NCBI GenBank assembly: GCA_021299095.1
Contig: JAJTFW010000001.1
Location: forward strand, 46,537 to 110,536
Direction of reading: 5' to 3'
Source: Sphingobacteriales bacterium
GTDB lineage: Bacteria; Bacteroidota; Bacteroidia; AKYH767-A; OLB10
DNA length: 64,000 nucleotides
Shown: piece after piece, positions 50,074 to 62,400 of the stretch
How positions within the stretch are numbered: position 1 is the first letter of the stretch
Layout: every line of letters starts with the position of its first letter
Translations under genes and position numbers: made by a program
The notes under the pieces: model-generated
Seen by the model: the letters and a program-made list of their open reading frames with translations, nothing else
Database searches by the model: none
Told to the model about the DNA's origin: nothing

Positions 50074-51543
50074 ATGAACACGACCCGTTTGTTTGCATCA
50101 AAGCAGTACCCATTGAGCCTGTTGGCAGCTCTGTTTACACTGCTGATTATTACGCTTACACACCTGGAAACAAAAGCGGAACCGATTCCCGCAGGACAAG
50201 GCTATGAGCTTCGCTTCAAAATAGCCGGACTTCGTGACTCCATGGTGTTTCTAGCCAACTATTACGGTGAAAAGCAATATCTAAAGGATTCTGCCTTCGC
50301 GGACGCAGCCGGAAATGTCATTTTCAAAGGGAAAGAGCCACTACCCGGTGGAATCTACCTATTCGTCTTCCCGAACAAAACCTACTTCGAACTGCTGGTG
50401 GATAAGGAACAGCACTTTTCCATGGAATGTTCCGCAGACAACATGATCCCCACTATGAAAATCAAGGGCTCAGAAGACAACATCCAGTTTTATGCATATC
50501 TGAGTTTCATCCAGGAACAATCGAAAATGGTAGAACCTCTCCGGAACGAACGGAGAGCACTTTCGGAACAAGGGAAGAAAACGGAGGAAGTCGATGGACG
50601 CATCAAGGAAATTGATGAGCGTGTATCAAACTACAAGAAGGATTACATCGCCAAAAGTCCGGATCGATTCCTGACAGCCATCTTCAAGGCCTCAGAGGAA
50701 CCGAAAACACCTGAACTACCCAAGGGGAGCAAGGACAGCAGTATGATTTTCTTCTACTACCGTGACCATTATTTTGACCTGTTCGACCTCAGCGACGAGC
50801 GCCTGCTCCGATCACCTGTGTATCACAACAAAGTGAACTTCTTCCTGAAAAACCTTGTAGTCCAGTATCCTGACTCCGTCATACCCTATGCGGATTTCCT
50901 GGTTCAACGCGCATCGGGAAACAAGGAGACCTTTAAATACATGGTCTGGTACCTGACCAATAACTACGAGACGTCGAACATCATGGGACACGACGCGGTG
51001 TTCGTGCATCTCGTCAAGAACTACTACACCAAGGAAAAGGCCTTCTGGACGGACGATGCCACACTGTACAAGATTCAGGACCGGGCACGGATTCTTGAAC
51101 CCATTCTGATCGGTAAAAAAGCAAAAAACCTGATGCTGACCGATTCATCCGGTAAGTTCCAGGCTTTGTACTCGGTTAACGCTTCGTTTACAATCCTATA
51201 TTTCTGGGATCCTGATTGCGGACATTGTAAAAAAGCGACACCCAAAGTAAAAGCCTATTTTGATCGTGTTAGAAGCCGCGGAGTCCAGGTGTTTGCCGTA
51301 TGTACGGAAGTTGAAATGGACAAATGGAAAAAATTCATCCAGGAACACAACCTGGACTGGATCAATGTGGCAGACCCCAAAACGCAGAATAATTTCCGTC
51401 AGGAGTTCGATATCCTGACTACACCCCAGATATTCATTTTGGATAAGGACAAGAAGATCATCGCCAAGAAAATAGACGAGGACAACATGGAAAAAATCCT
51501 CGACCGGGAGTTGGAGATGTACGAAAAGAAAATCGGCAACTGA
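50074..51543 (+). CDS. TlpA/AhpC-like thiol:disulfide oxidoreductase with a large N-terminal extension
   Basis: C-terminal thioredoxin fold with FWDPDCGHCKK (CxxC). N-terminal region of about 330 aa of unknown function. Signal or anchor segment from ATG 50074. Confidence 0.75.
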   Translation: MNTTRLFASKQYPLSLLAALFTLLIITLTHLETKAEPIPAGQGYELRFKIAGLRDSMVFLANYYGEKQYLKDSAFADAAGNVIFKGKEPLPGGIYLFVFPNKTYFELLVDKEQHFSMECSADNMIPTMKIKGSEDNIQFYAYLSFIQEQSKMVEPLRNERRALSEQGKKTEEVDGRIKEIDERVSNYKKDYIAKSPDRFLTAIFKASEEPKTPELPKGSKDSSMIFFYYRDHYFDLFDLSDERLLRSPVYHNKVNFFLKNLVVQYPDSVIPYADFLVQRASGNKETFKYMVWYLTNNYETSNIMGHDAVFVHLVKNYYTKEKAFWTDDATLYKIQDRARILEPILIGKKAKNLMLTDSSGKFQALYSVNASFTILYFWDPDCGHCKKATPKVKAYFDRVRSRGVQVFAVCTEVEMDKWKKFIQEHNLDWINVADPKTQNNFRQEFDILTTPQIFILDKDKKIIAKKIDEDNMEKILDRELEMYEKKIGN

Positions 51544-53511
51544 TTATCGGATTACGAACTCCGTTCGGCGATTCAAGGCCCTTCCTTCCTCTGTAGCATT
51601 ATCAGCAACCGGATTAGTTGATCCATAACCAATGGCATCAACCCGTGCCGGATCAATATTTCGATCGGTTAAAAAACGCTTCACAGAAGTTGCCCTTTGT
51701 TCAGAGAGGACTTTATTTTTCCGGTCATCACCGCTTGAGTCGGTATGACCGCCAATTGCAATACGCACTGCTGGATTCTTCTTCAGAAATGCGAGTAAAC
51801 GCTCCAGCTCTGGTTTTGACTCGGGCTTCAAGTCAAAACTATTAAGATCAAAAAACAGGTTCTTCAAAACTACCCGTTCACCGGCAACAGGTTTACTCAA
51901 CCGGATATCGAGCTCAAATGCCTGTTGTCGGCTAGTGGCCTCTGCACAATTAAAATGGTCCGAGTAAAACAAATACCCCTCCTTGTTCACGTTGAGTAAG
52001 TAGCTACGGCCAGCCGGTAAACAAGCCAGAAATTCACCTTTGCGGCGATCGGTGGTGTTTGATACAATCACCTCGCCGCTGCTCACATCTACTATTTCGA
52101 ACTCTGCCTGCAGGGGAAATCCGCTGGAAGCATCACTGACCTTTGCTTTGACATAGCTTACCAATACAGGTCGGACTGACTCCGGCAGATCAAACGCGTA
52201 GATATCGAGATTGCCTTGACCACCGCTTCGATCGCTGGCAAAATAGGCCTTTCTTCCATCGGCAGAAACGACCACCGAATTCTCATCAGCCTGTGTATTT
52301 ACCGGATAACCCAGATTAACAGGGGTTGACCAAGTACTATCGCTTTGCATCCGGGTGTAGTAGATATCCTTCCCTCCCATCCCGATATGACCATCGGAAC
52401 TGAAATACAGCGTCTTGTTATCCTGATGAATAAACACCGATTCTTCCTGCCCGGTCGTATTCACCGGAGAGGGCAATTTCCGTGGCTCGCTCCAGGTCAT
52501 GTCCTCGCGGAAGGTTGTAACATAAATATCCGTCATCCTCCTCCTCTCCCGGTTATAGGATCCCCGAATGAAATACAGCGTTTTACCATCCGATGAAAAA
52601 GAGGGCTGAGACTCCCAGGCCGAGGTGTTTACGGGTGATCCGAGATTGACCGGTTTCGACCAGGAACCGTCATCCATGCGACGAGATAAATAAATATCAC
52701 AACTCCCTCTGCCATCAGGCCGCTCGCATGCCGTAAAAAAAAGCACGCGCCCATCTGCCGAAATGCTGGGCGCTCCTTCATTCATAACTGAGTTTAACGG
52801 GGCTCCGGCATTACGAGCTACACCCCAAACCGAGTCCTTCAGGGAAGAAATCAAGAAATCCTCCTGATGGCCTCCCGAAGCTGCAGGATCACGCACATCG
52901 CGCGTAAACACCATTTGACGCTGATCCACTGTGAATGAGGGGAAATACTCCGCCTCCGGTGTATTCACACCTTTACCAAGATTCTGCGGACGAAACGGAA
53001 CCGGATGCTTCATCGCATCAATCGCAAACTCACAACCTGAAATTCGCCGATTCATTTCATTCACACGATCGGCGGAAGGTGACTGAACATATTTCAGGTA
53101 GTTCCTGTAATCGGATAACGCCGTCGGATAATTAGCAAACATCACTTCAATATCCCCGACAATCGCATGTGCACCAGGCAAGTATGCAGGGTCAGCCATT
53201 ACAGCTTTACGATAATATTTGCGGGCCAATTCATTATCCTGGCGTTCCAGATAGATCTGACCAAGAATCAACAGGGCATCTGAAAACAGTGAGTCCTTCT
53301 CGATGGCGGACTGAAACGAACGGATGGCCTTATCATCCTGACGACTATCGTATTGCTTTTTGCCTTCCTCGAAGAGGCGTATGGCTGCTTTGTTTGAAGT
53401 GTGATATTGGTTCTGGATTGACTGGGCGCTTACCGTTACGGAAACAAACACCATCAAAAGTGAAAGCAAACCAACAAGTAAGTCATAAAAAAAGAATCGC
53501 TCCTGTTTCAA
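51544..53511 (-). CDS. OmpA-family protein with TPR, TolB-like beta-propeller repeats and a C-terminal OmpA peptidoglycan-binding domain
   Basis: N-terminal TPR-like helices. Repeated motifs (PSFSSDGKTLYF, SISADGRVLFF, VVSADGRKAYFASDR) are typical of WD40-like beta-propeller repeats. C-terminal GHTDSSGDDRKNKVLSEQRA...NRRTEFVI. Confidence 0.88.
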   Translation of the reverse strand: MKQERFFFYDLLVGLLSLLMVFVSVTVSAQSIQNQYHTSNKAAIRLFEEGKKQYDSRQDDKAIRSFQSAIEKDSLFSDALLILGQIYLERQDNELARKYYRKAVMADPAYLPGAHAIVGDIEVMFANYPTALSDYRNYLKYVQSPSADRVNEMNRRISGCEFAIDAMKHPVPFRPQNLGKGVNTPEAEYFPSFTVDQRQMVFTRDVRDPAASGGHQEDFLISSLKDSVWGVARNAGAPLNSVMNEGAPSISADGRVLFFTACERPDGRGSCDIYLSRRMDDGSWSKPVNLGSPVNTSAWESQPSFSSDGKTLYFIRGSYNRERRRMTDIYVTTFREDMTWSEPRKLPSPVNTTGQEESVFIHQDNKTLYFSSDGHIGMGGKDIYYTRMQSDSTWSTPVNLGYPVNTQADENSVVVSADGRKAYFASDRSGGQGNLDIYAFDLPESVRPVLVSYVKAKVSDASSGFPLQAEFEIVDVSSGEVIVSNTTDRRKGEFLACLPAGRSYLLNVNKEGYLFYSDHFNCAEATSRQQAFELDIRLSKPVAGERVVLKNLFFDLNSFDLKPESKPELERLLAFLKKNPAVRIAIGGHTDSSGDDRKNKVLSEQRATSVKRFLTDRNIDPARVDAIGYGSTNPVADNATEEGRALNRRTEFVIR

Positions 53512-53518
53512 TGGTGGC

Positions 53519-54139
53519 TTATGGAATGTGAATCACTTTATGGGTTTGCAATGAAAGTCTCCAGCGTGGATTTGATTTGATATAATCGACAATCATCGGT
53601 GCATGCTGTTCCAAACGGCTGTACTCTGGCTGAAGGAACGCCATACAAGCAGCATTCACCATTGAGGCATTTTGTTCAGCCCAGTCCAAATCGGATGGGT
53701 GATAAATAACCACTTTCAATTCATCGGCCATTTGCAATGCCTCAGGCAACGCATTCTTGAATTTCTTTGGAGACACACAAACCCAGTCGAATTCTCCCAG
53801 GATTGGATAAGCTCCGCTTGTTTCGAGGGCAATCTCACATCCGGCACTGTGTAAAGAACGGGTCAAAGGTGTCAAATCGTATGCAGCGGGTTCTCCTCCG
53901 GTAATGACTACAAACCCAGCCCCCGATGCTATGACATCCTGGGTTATTTCCTCTACGCTACGCGGTGAATGTTGTGCTGCATCCCACGACTCCTTCACAT
54001 CACACCAAACGCAGCCAACATCACATCCACCCAAACGAATAAACCACGCTGAACGACCCGTGTGGGCACCTTCACCCTGCAGGGTGTGGAAGGTCTCCAT
54101 TACAGGCAAAAGTGGATATTCAGATGTCTTGTCCGACAT
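53519..54139 (-). CDS. queE: 7-carboxy-7-deazaguanine synthase (radical SAM)
   Basis: ETFHTLQGEGAHTGRSAWFIRLGGCDVGCVWCD aligns with the E. coli QueE N-terminus and its CxxxCxxC-variant cluster (C-x14-C-x2-C type context). Confidence 0.88.
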   Translation of the reverse strand: MSDKTSEYPLLPVMETFHTLQGEGAHTGRSAWFIRLGGCDVGCVWCDVKESWDAAQHSPRSVEEITQDVIASGAGFVVITGGEPAAYDLTPLTRSLHSAGCEIALETSGAYPILGEFDWVCVSPKKFKNALPEALQMADELKVVIYHPSDLDWAEQNASMVNAACMAFLQPEYSRLEQHAPMIVDYIKSNPRWRLSLQTHKVIHIP

Positions 54140-55022
54140 GTTCGGGATAAACACGGTGTTGAGCCGCTAGCAGGGTGTTTTGTAAGAGACCCATAATGGT
54201 CATTGGGCCGACACCACCTGGAACTGGAGTGATCCAGGAACATTTGGGTGCCACGTGTTCAAAATCCACATCACCCGCGAGCTTGAATCCAAGTTTTCGC
54301 TCAGGGGCATGAACACGTGTCATTCCGACATCAACGACCACCGCACCTTCCTTCACCATATCTGCAGTGATGAAATAGGGTTTGCCAATTGCAGCTATGA
54401 GAATATCAGCCTGAAGGGTTAGAGCTCTTAGGTTTTGGGTACGACTGTGGGTCAATGTGACTGTACAATTTCCCGGATAAGTATTCCGGGAGAGCAAAAT
54501 GGAAACGGGGGTTCCCACAATATTGCTTCGTCCGACAACCACACAATGCTTTCCTTCGGTCTCGATCTTGTATCGCTCAAGCAACTGAATAATTCCTTTG
54601 GGAGTTGCTGGAATGTAGGCGGGAAGCTCCTCTGTCATTCTGCCCAGATTGACCGGATGAAAGCCATCCACATCCTTTTCCGGTCGTATACGTTCAGTGA
54701 TTCGATGCACATCGATGTGTGCAGGAAGCGGAAGTTGTACGATGAAGCCATCTACCGAATCATCGGCATTCAGACGGTCAATTAGACTTAGCACTTCATC
54801 TTCCGAAACATCGCTGGGTAGCCGCTCAAGCGTACTTCGAAAGCCCACTTCGGCACAGGTCCTGATTTTATTGGCGACATACGTTTCTGAAGCACCATCG
54901 TTGCCAGCTAAAACGGCAACAAGATGAGGAGGCCTTAGCCCTTCATTAATCATTCGGCTTACCTCCTGGCGGATTTCCTCCCGGATGGTTTCTGCTGTGT
55001 ATTTTCCGTCGATGAGTTGCAC
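54120..55022 (-). CDS. folD: Bifunctional methylenetetrahydrofolate dehydrogenase/methenyltetrahydrofolate cyclohydrolase
   Basis: IDGK..., VGRSNIVGTP (VG-S-IVG-P motif), PVPGGVGPMT. Length 300 aa. Confidence 0.93.
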   Translation of the reverse strand: MQLIDGKYTAETIREEIRQEVSRMINEGLRPPHLVAVLAGNDGASETYVANKIRTCAEVGFRSTLERLPSDVSEDEVLSLIDRLNADDSVDGFIVQLPLPAHIDVHRITERIRPEKDVDGFHPVNLGRMTEELPAYIPATPKGIIQLLERYKIETEGKHCVVVGRSNIVGTPVSILLSRNTYPGNCTVTLTHSRTQNLRALTLQADILIAAIGKPYFITADMVKEGAVVVDVGMTRVHAPERKLGFKLAGDVDFEHVAPKCSWITPVPGGVGPMTIMGLLQNTLLAAQHRVYPEHVGQDI

Positions 55023-55037
55023 AGTGCTGAATCGGAT

Positions 55038-56369
55038 TTATCGGCGCATTTGCGGCATGTTACGCATCATCTGACGTGCGTTACCGCCGGTGAACATTTT
55101 CATCATCTTACGCATATCCTCGAACTGTTTCAGCAGCTTGTTGACCTCCTGGATATTCGTCCCACTACCACTAGCAATCCGCTTCCTTCGGGAGCCGTTC
55201 AGTAATTCCGGACGCTCCCGCTCTTCGTGGGTCATGGACTGAATGATGGCCTCGATGTGCTTAAAAGAATCGTTATCGATATCAATGTCCTTGATGGCTT
55301 TGCCCACGCCGGGTATCATGCCCATCAGGTCTTTGATGTTACCCATCTTCTTGATTTGCTGCAGCTGCCCCAGAAAATCGTTCAGGTTGAACTGATTCTT
55401 CGCAATCTTCTTTTGGAGTTCAGCCGCCTCTTTCGCGTCAAACTGCTCCTGGGCACGCTCAACCAGCGATACAATATCGCCCATACCCAGAATCCGGTCT
55501 GCCATCCGCGAAGGATGAAAGACATCGAGTGCGTCCATCTTTTCGCCAGTTCCGACGAACTTGATGGGTTTTTCTACAACGGAACGAATGGATAAGGCTG
55601 CACCCCCACGGGTATCACCATCGAGTTTGGTCAGGACTACACCATCGAAATTGATGCGTTCGTTGAAGGCTTTGGCCGTATTGACCGCATCCTGACCAGT
55701 CATTGCATCCACAACGAATAAAGTCTCCTGAGGCTTGAGAAAATCCTTCAGCCTGGCGATCTCATCCATCATTTCTTCGTCCACGGCCAAACGACCAGCG
55801 GTATCCACAATGACGGTATTTATGCCTTTGTTGCGGGCCTGCTCCAGCGCATTTCCAGCGATAATCAATGGGTTTTTCTGCTCACGCTCCGAGTACACCT
55901 CGACTCCGATCTGTTCACCGAGGACATGCAGCTGATCAATTGCAGCCGGACGGTAAACATCGCATGCCACCAGCATAACCTGTCTGCCTTTCTTGGACTT
56001 CAGGTGGTTGGCCAGTTTTCCGCTCAAAGTGGTTTTACCGGAACCTTGAAGTCCCGACATCAAAATGACGACGGGGCTTCCTTTCAGATTCAAGTCAGCA
56101 GCCTCGCCACCCATCAGGGCAGTAAGTTCCTCCTGAACGATCTTCACCATCAGTTGGGCCGGCGATACGCTGATGAGTACATCACGACCAAGGGCTTTCT
56201 CCTTTACGGTATCGGTAAAGGTTTTGGCGACCTTGTAGTTTACGTCTGCATCAAGTAATGCCTTGCGAACCTCCTTAAGGGTTTCCGCAACATTGATTTC
56301 GGTGATCTTACCCTGGCCCTTTAAGAGTTTAAAGGCCCTGTCGAGCTTGTCCGATAGATTCTCAAACAT
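55038..56369 (-). CDS. ffh: Signal recognition particle protein
   Basis: MFENLSDKL start, [10 protein letters not shown]-loop, DTAGR, TKLDGD, and a Met-rich M domain ([20 protein letters not shown]). Confidence 0.96.
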   Translation of the reverse strand: MFENLSDKLDRAFKLLKGQGKITEINVAETLKEVRKALLDADVNYKVAKTFTDTVKEKALGRDVLISVSPAQLMVKIVQEELTALMGGEAADLNLKGSPVVILMSGLQGSGKTTLSGKLANHLKSKKGRQVMLVACDVYRPAAIDQLHVLGEQIGVEVYSEREQKNPLIIAGNALEQARNKGINTVIVDTAGRLAVDEEMMDEIARLKDFLKPQETLFVVDAMTGQDAVNTAKAFNERINFDGVVLTKLDGDTRGGAALSIRSVVEKPIKFVGTGEKMDALDVFHPSRMADRILGMGDIVSLVERAQEQFDAKEAAELQKKIAKNQFNLNDFLGQLQQIKKMGNIKDLMGMIPGVGKAIKDIDIDNDSFKHIEAIIQSMTHEERERPELLNGSRRKRIASGSGTNIQEVNKLLKQFEDMRKMMKMFTGGNARQMMRNMPQMRR

Positions 56370-56419
56370 AGGGTGTAAAGGTACTCAAAAGACGGGGTCG
56401 GAAGCAGCCGTAACCCAGT

Positions 56420-56460
56420 AAAAAAACGAAGCGGACCTACAAATTGAGGCCCGCTTCAAA
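56420..56460 (-). terminator. Rho-independent terminator after the giant adhesin gene
   Basis: The minus strand reads GAAGCGGGCC-tcaatttgta-GGTCCGCTTCG-TTTTTTT. The stem is 56427-56437 / 56448-56457 with one mismatch, followed by a T-run. It lies 14 nt downstream of the stop. Confidence 0.8.
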
Positions 56461-56473
56461 AGAGCATTTATCC

Positions 56474-59400
56474 TTATCGAACCAGGCTGACCTGACCAAC
56501 TTTTTCATGGGTCTGCCCCCACACATCCAGAACCTTAGCCAAGTAGACGTAGACCCCCTCAGGCGCATCCACATCGCTTCCCCAAATCCTTCCATCCCAA
56601 TCGGAATTCTCACGCCCTTCGCTGAAGAAGATTTTTTCGCCCCAGCGGTTGAAAATGCTTAACTCCACCTTCACGATGTATTCACCCTTGAGATTGAAGC
56701 CCTCGTTCATACCATCACCATTGGGGGTAAACGCGTTGGGAACATACACAGAGAATATCGGATTGACTCGCACTGGATGTCGCACCGAGTCGCGACAACC
56801 ATAGGAATTGGTCACCCATAAGGTAACCATGTAATTACCTGTGTCGCGATAGACGTGTTGTGGCTCAAAGTCAATTGACTGTCCTCCGTCACCGAATGTC
56901 CAGAAATTATTGAGACCGCCGGAACTCAGGTTAATGAAATTGAAGACGGGGTTCAGGATATCCTGCTCCCAAGGTGCTGCTTCAAACTCGGCTACAGGTG
57001 AAGGATAGACCGTGACACCATTTTGCTGGGTATAGCTGCCTGTACAACCGCTGTCGGACGTAACTGTAAGCGTAACCTGGTAGTTACCGGTTGTAGTGTA
57101 ATTGTGCACCGGATTCTGTTGGGAAGAAGAATTTCCATCACCAAAGGTCCAACTCCAGGCCACAATGGATCCTCCGTCAACAAATGAGGCATCGGTGAAT
57201 GCCACCGGAAGTGGTCCACAACCTGCAGCACTTACCGGAGGAAAAGAGGCTATCGGCAAGGGATTGGTGAAAATGGTCCGGGTGAGGGTATCGGTACACC
57301 CTTCAGCAGTTGTAACGACTAGTGTTACAGTTTGAAGACCCGGATTGGCGTAGATATGTGTCGGACTTTCGAGTGTTGAGACAGGCGTGCCATCACCGAA
57401 ATTCCAATTCCACGAAACAACAGGACTTGTGCCCGGGATGGACATATTGTTGAACTGCACAGGACTATCAGCGCAGGACGTTCCCGCTGTAAAACCTGCA
57501 TCCGGCTGTGCGCCAATAATTACATTGGTAGTTGCAGTTGCCCTGCATCCATTTACGTTTGTTGTGGTAAGGGAAACCAACCAGGTTCCGGCCTGTTGGT
57601 ACTGGTGCATTGGCATAGCACTTGAAGCGGTGGTGCCATCACCAAAACTCCACTCCCATGCGGTGATTTGATTACCTAGACCACTGCTGGTGTCGCTGAA
57701 GGCGACAGGACTTCCGGAGCATCCGTTTCCGCTGACGGGCTGAGGTGTGGGAGGATCAAAAACCTCAAGTGCCTGTGTGGCACGAAACGTACATCCTTCG
57801 GAACTGGTGGCCTGCAGGGTAACCATATAGATCCCAGCAGCTGCGTAGAAGTGTGTTGGATTCTGCGCCGAACTTACAGTCGAATCACCCAAATCCCAAG
57901 ACCATGCTGTAATAGAACCTGGTGTTACAGCTGACGCATCATTCAAAGCAACAGGCTCATTGAGGCATACATTTAACGTAGTGAAACTGACTACGGGTAG
58001 CGGGTGAATCGTGATACTGGATGTGGTGGAAGCCGAACAGCCAGCCGGAGTGGTAATGGTCAATTGGACAGCATAATCGCCAGGTGCAGCGTAGGTATGC
58101 GTTGGTGCCTGTGCTGAGCTACTTGAGTTGTCTCCAAAGTTCCAGGCATAGTTAAACGAAGATCCACCGAGCACGGTCGACTGATCGATGAAAGCAACAT
58201 GCGATCCGACACAGGCTGACCCAGCTGAAAAACGAGCCTCTGGAATCGGAAACACATTGATGCTGCGTGTAACGCTTGCAAAACAACCGTCAGCCGTTGT
58301 AACGTCCAACGTAACGGCATAAGTTCCGGGTACAGCGTAACTATGGCTGGCATTTGAACCGCTCGCTGTGGTGCCATCGCCGAAATTCCATTGCCAGGTT
58401 ACAATTGCCTGACCTGACGATAGCGAAGAGTCGGTAAAGACCACCGGTGCACCTACGCAAGCTTCAACTGCTCCAAAAGATGCAGAAGGAAGTGCATTGA
58501 CCTGGATTTGAGCTGAAGTCGAATCGGTACAACCACGAGAACTGATTGCAGCCAAAGTTGCCGTGTACGTGCCACTTCCAGTGTATTGATGAACGGGCGA
58601 TTGCAGAGCGGAGAAGCCCCCATCCCCAAAAGACCAATACCAGCCGTTCAGGACTCCGCCATTCAACACTGATTGATCCGTGAATTGCAGTGGATCACCT
58701 GCACAAACCGGAGGAGCATTGAAGGCAGCCTGTGGCTTTGGAAAGACGTTAACCTGTGATGTCGATGTACTCTCACATCCTTGGTTATTACCAACACGCA
58801 GTGTAACCTGATACGACCCTGGGCTTGCGTATTTGTGAACCGGACTCACATCATTGCTGATATTTCCATCGCCGAAATCCCAGTTGATATCACTGATTGG
58901 CAATATAGATTGGGACAAATTAGTGAATGCAGTGGAATCGCCCTCGCAAACATCTGAAGCGATAAAAGACACGACTGGGGGTGCATCAATCAGCACAGCA
59001 GCAGCCAAGGTATCGGAACAACCCGCATCAGTTGTAACAATGAGTGTCGGGATGAAAATTCCCGCAGCGGCATATGTATGTTGCTGATTCGCTCCGGTGC
59101 CCTGGTTTCCATCGCCGAAATTCCAGGTCCACGATTGAATGCTGCCATCGGACACGGTGGAGTTTTCGAAGAAAGTCAGAGGAGTACCCAAACAAACACG
59201 TCCGGCATGGAAAGATGCCGTTGGATTGGGATGTACCGTAATTGTCGAAAATGCAGAATCGGTACAACCAGAACCGGATACTAGCGTCAGTCCAATCGAA
59301 TACACATCCGATGAAAGGGGTGACAATGTAGGCTGCCATTGAGAAGAAACCGATTGCCCGTTAATGCTCCACACAGACGAAGTAAGTGTTTGACCCGATG

Positions 59401-62400
59401 TGATCGAACTCGTATTCAGGACACGAATACTATCTCCCTCGCAAGCATCCGAAACCGTAAAGCTCACTTGTGGTACATCCTGATCAATCACATTTCGGTT
59501 CAGCACCGAGCTGCAACCATTGGGATCGGTAACAGTAACAGTGTACATCCCCGGCGAACTAACCGTAGTGGTTTGAGTAGTTGCACCATTCGACCACAAA
59601 TAGGACATTCCCGGATTGTTTGCATCAAGTACGACCGCTTCATTTTGACAGCGCAAGACGTTCAAAGCCGGGCCACCCAGACCTCCCCCACCTTCTGCCA
59701 CCTGGAAGAAACCGGAAGCAAGGCAACCATTGGCCTGCGCCACGATGACTTGGTATGTCCCGGAATCAGAAACCGAAATGGACTGAGTACTATCGCCCGT
59801 TGGCAGCCATTCATACGATACTCCGCTCACTCCGGCGTCCAGTACAATTGAACCACCACTACAGAAAAATGCAGTACCGCCAGCGACCACTGGATTGGGC
59901 AAGACTCGAACGCCAACGGAATCCAATGCCGTACAACCGAAAGAATTTGTAACAAGCACTTGATAAATAGAATCGATTACCGGATTCACAGCTACCGATA
60001 CAGTGGTCGCAGCGTTGTGCAACCACAAATAATCTCCACCTCCGCTAGCAGTCAACAATACAAAGCCGCCATCGCATACCGTCGTGTCGGGCCCGGCATT
60101 GGCAGAAGGAAGTGGATTAACGATTATTACAAGCGTATCGGTTGCAGTGCAACCGGAACCATCCGTAACTGTTGCGACGTACGTTGTGGTTGCGGGTGGG
60201 CTCACCTGTACAAGGGCTGTCTGAAAACCGCCCGGACTCCATGTTGCAGTAATTCCGCCGGCAACATTCAACTGGACAGAATCCCCAAAGCAAATGGTCT
60301 GATCGGGTCCCGCCAATGCTGTTGGGCGTGGAAGTACATTAACCCTAATGGAATCACTGGATACACATCCGTTCGCATCCGTTACCACCACATTGTAGGT
60401 GGTCGAGTTCGAAGGCGACACGACAACAGTTGGTGTGATCGAACTTATTGGTGACCATTGATAGGACACCCCTCCGCTGGCACTAAGGGTAACGGAATCA
60501 CCGGTGCACACTTGTGCATTGGCTCCTGCATCTGCGCTCGGAAGTGCATTAACAACAACATTGGCATAGGCCGTGTCCGAACATCCCAGTGATGTCGTAC
60601 CGATTAGAACGACGGGATAAGTACCGGCAGAAACGTAGGTTACAGACGGTGAATACTGCGAAGAGGTCTGGTTATTGCCCAGACTCCATTGCCAGGCAGA
60701 AATCGCTCCGCTGGCTGAGTTGCTGGTATTAACCAAATTCACCGATTCACCCAAACAGAGTGCAGAATCACTTGGAACAAAAGACACATCGGGTTTTGGA
60801 TAAACCTGTGCGATTGCCTGGAACATTCCACTGCAATTTCCGGGAGTCATCACGTGAAGGGTCACCAAATAATTACCGGGTGCAGCGTACACATGCTGAG
60901 GATGTTGTTGCGTAGAGGTTGTTCCATCACCAAAATCCCAATTCCAGACGACGATATTGCCAAACCCGACCGTAGACATGTCAGTAAATGACAAGGGCGA
61001 ACCCTGACAGGCAGGCACCGAGCTGAAAAGGGCCTGGGGCATCGGATAGATATTGAGTGAATCATTCACGGTTGATGTGCAACCCATATTGCTGGTTACT
61101 GTCAACACAATATTGTAGGAACCAGGCGTATTGTATACATGTGTCGGATTTTGAGCGAATGAAATATTACCATCGCCCAAATCCCAACTCCATGAAACAG
61201 CGGAACCACCATTGATTACGGAATTATCGTTGAAATAAACCGTGTCGGAAAGACACTCATCAACCGGAGTGAAAATTGCCTGAGGAAGTGGATTAACCTG
61301 AACAGTATGGGAAATTGTACCCGTACAACCGTTCGCATCGGTTACGGTTACGGAGTACGTACCAGCCTGATTGACCGTAATGGAGGGGGCGCTCGACCCT
61401 GTGCTCCACTGGAAGGAAACACCACTTTGACCTGCCTGTATTGTGGCGGTTTCACCCTGGCAAATTTGAATTGCAGTGTTATTACTAACAGTTTGCCCAG
61501 AGACAGTGACCTGAGTTGTCCCGCTTGCGGTACAACCCGCAGGATTTGTTACTGTAAGTGTATAGGCACCTTGTGAATTTACAGTGACTGTAGACGTAGT
61601 CGCACCGGTACTCCACAAATACGAAACACCGGATACACCCGGATTCAATGTTGCGGATAGTCCGGAGCAGATAAAGACCCCAGGTGAAAGATTCAAAATC
61701 GGGTTCGCCTGAACTGTAACTGCGGTAAATGCAGTAGACTGACATCCATTCGCATCAATTACATCCACCGCATAACTTGTAGACGAACCGGGAGTTACAA
61801 CGAGTGTATCATTCGTTACTCCGCTTGGGTTCCAGGAGTAGGCAACGCCACCGCTTGCAACCAATGTAACGGATTCACCATCACAAACCGATTGTGAAGG
61901 GCTTACGTTTGCCAAAGGCAAGGGCAATACCGTGATCAGAACCGTGTCGTTCGCAGTGCAACCGTTGGCATTTGTCGCTGTAACTACATAAGAAGTGCTC
62001 GAGGATGGAGAGATCGTAATCGAATTGGAAGTCTGACCTCCCGGACTCCAAACATAGCTGACCCCACCGGATACATTCAAGGTAACGTTTGAGCCGAGGC
62101 ACATGCTTTGATCCGCTCCAGCAAATACAAGAGGCTGTGCATTCATTTGCACAGGTTGACTTGCCGTTGCAGTACAACCGGCCGCATTTGTGACCATCAG
62201 GTTCACCGTAAACGTACCTGTAGTAGCATAGGTGTGTGAAGGATTTTGAAGGAAAGAACCCGTACTGTCACCAAATGTCCAATTGAAGCCCGCTCCACCC
62301 GTAGATGTATTTACAAAATTGACAGGACCACCTTGACAATTCGATACGGGAACAGTAAACGATGCCACGGGCACTGCATTTACGACCATGGGAAGTACCA

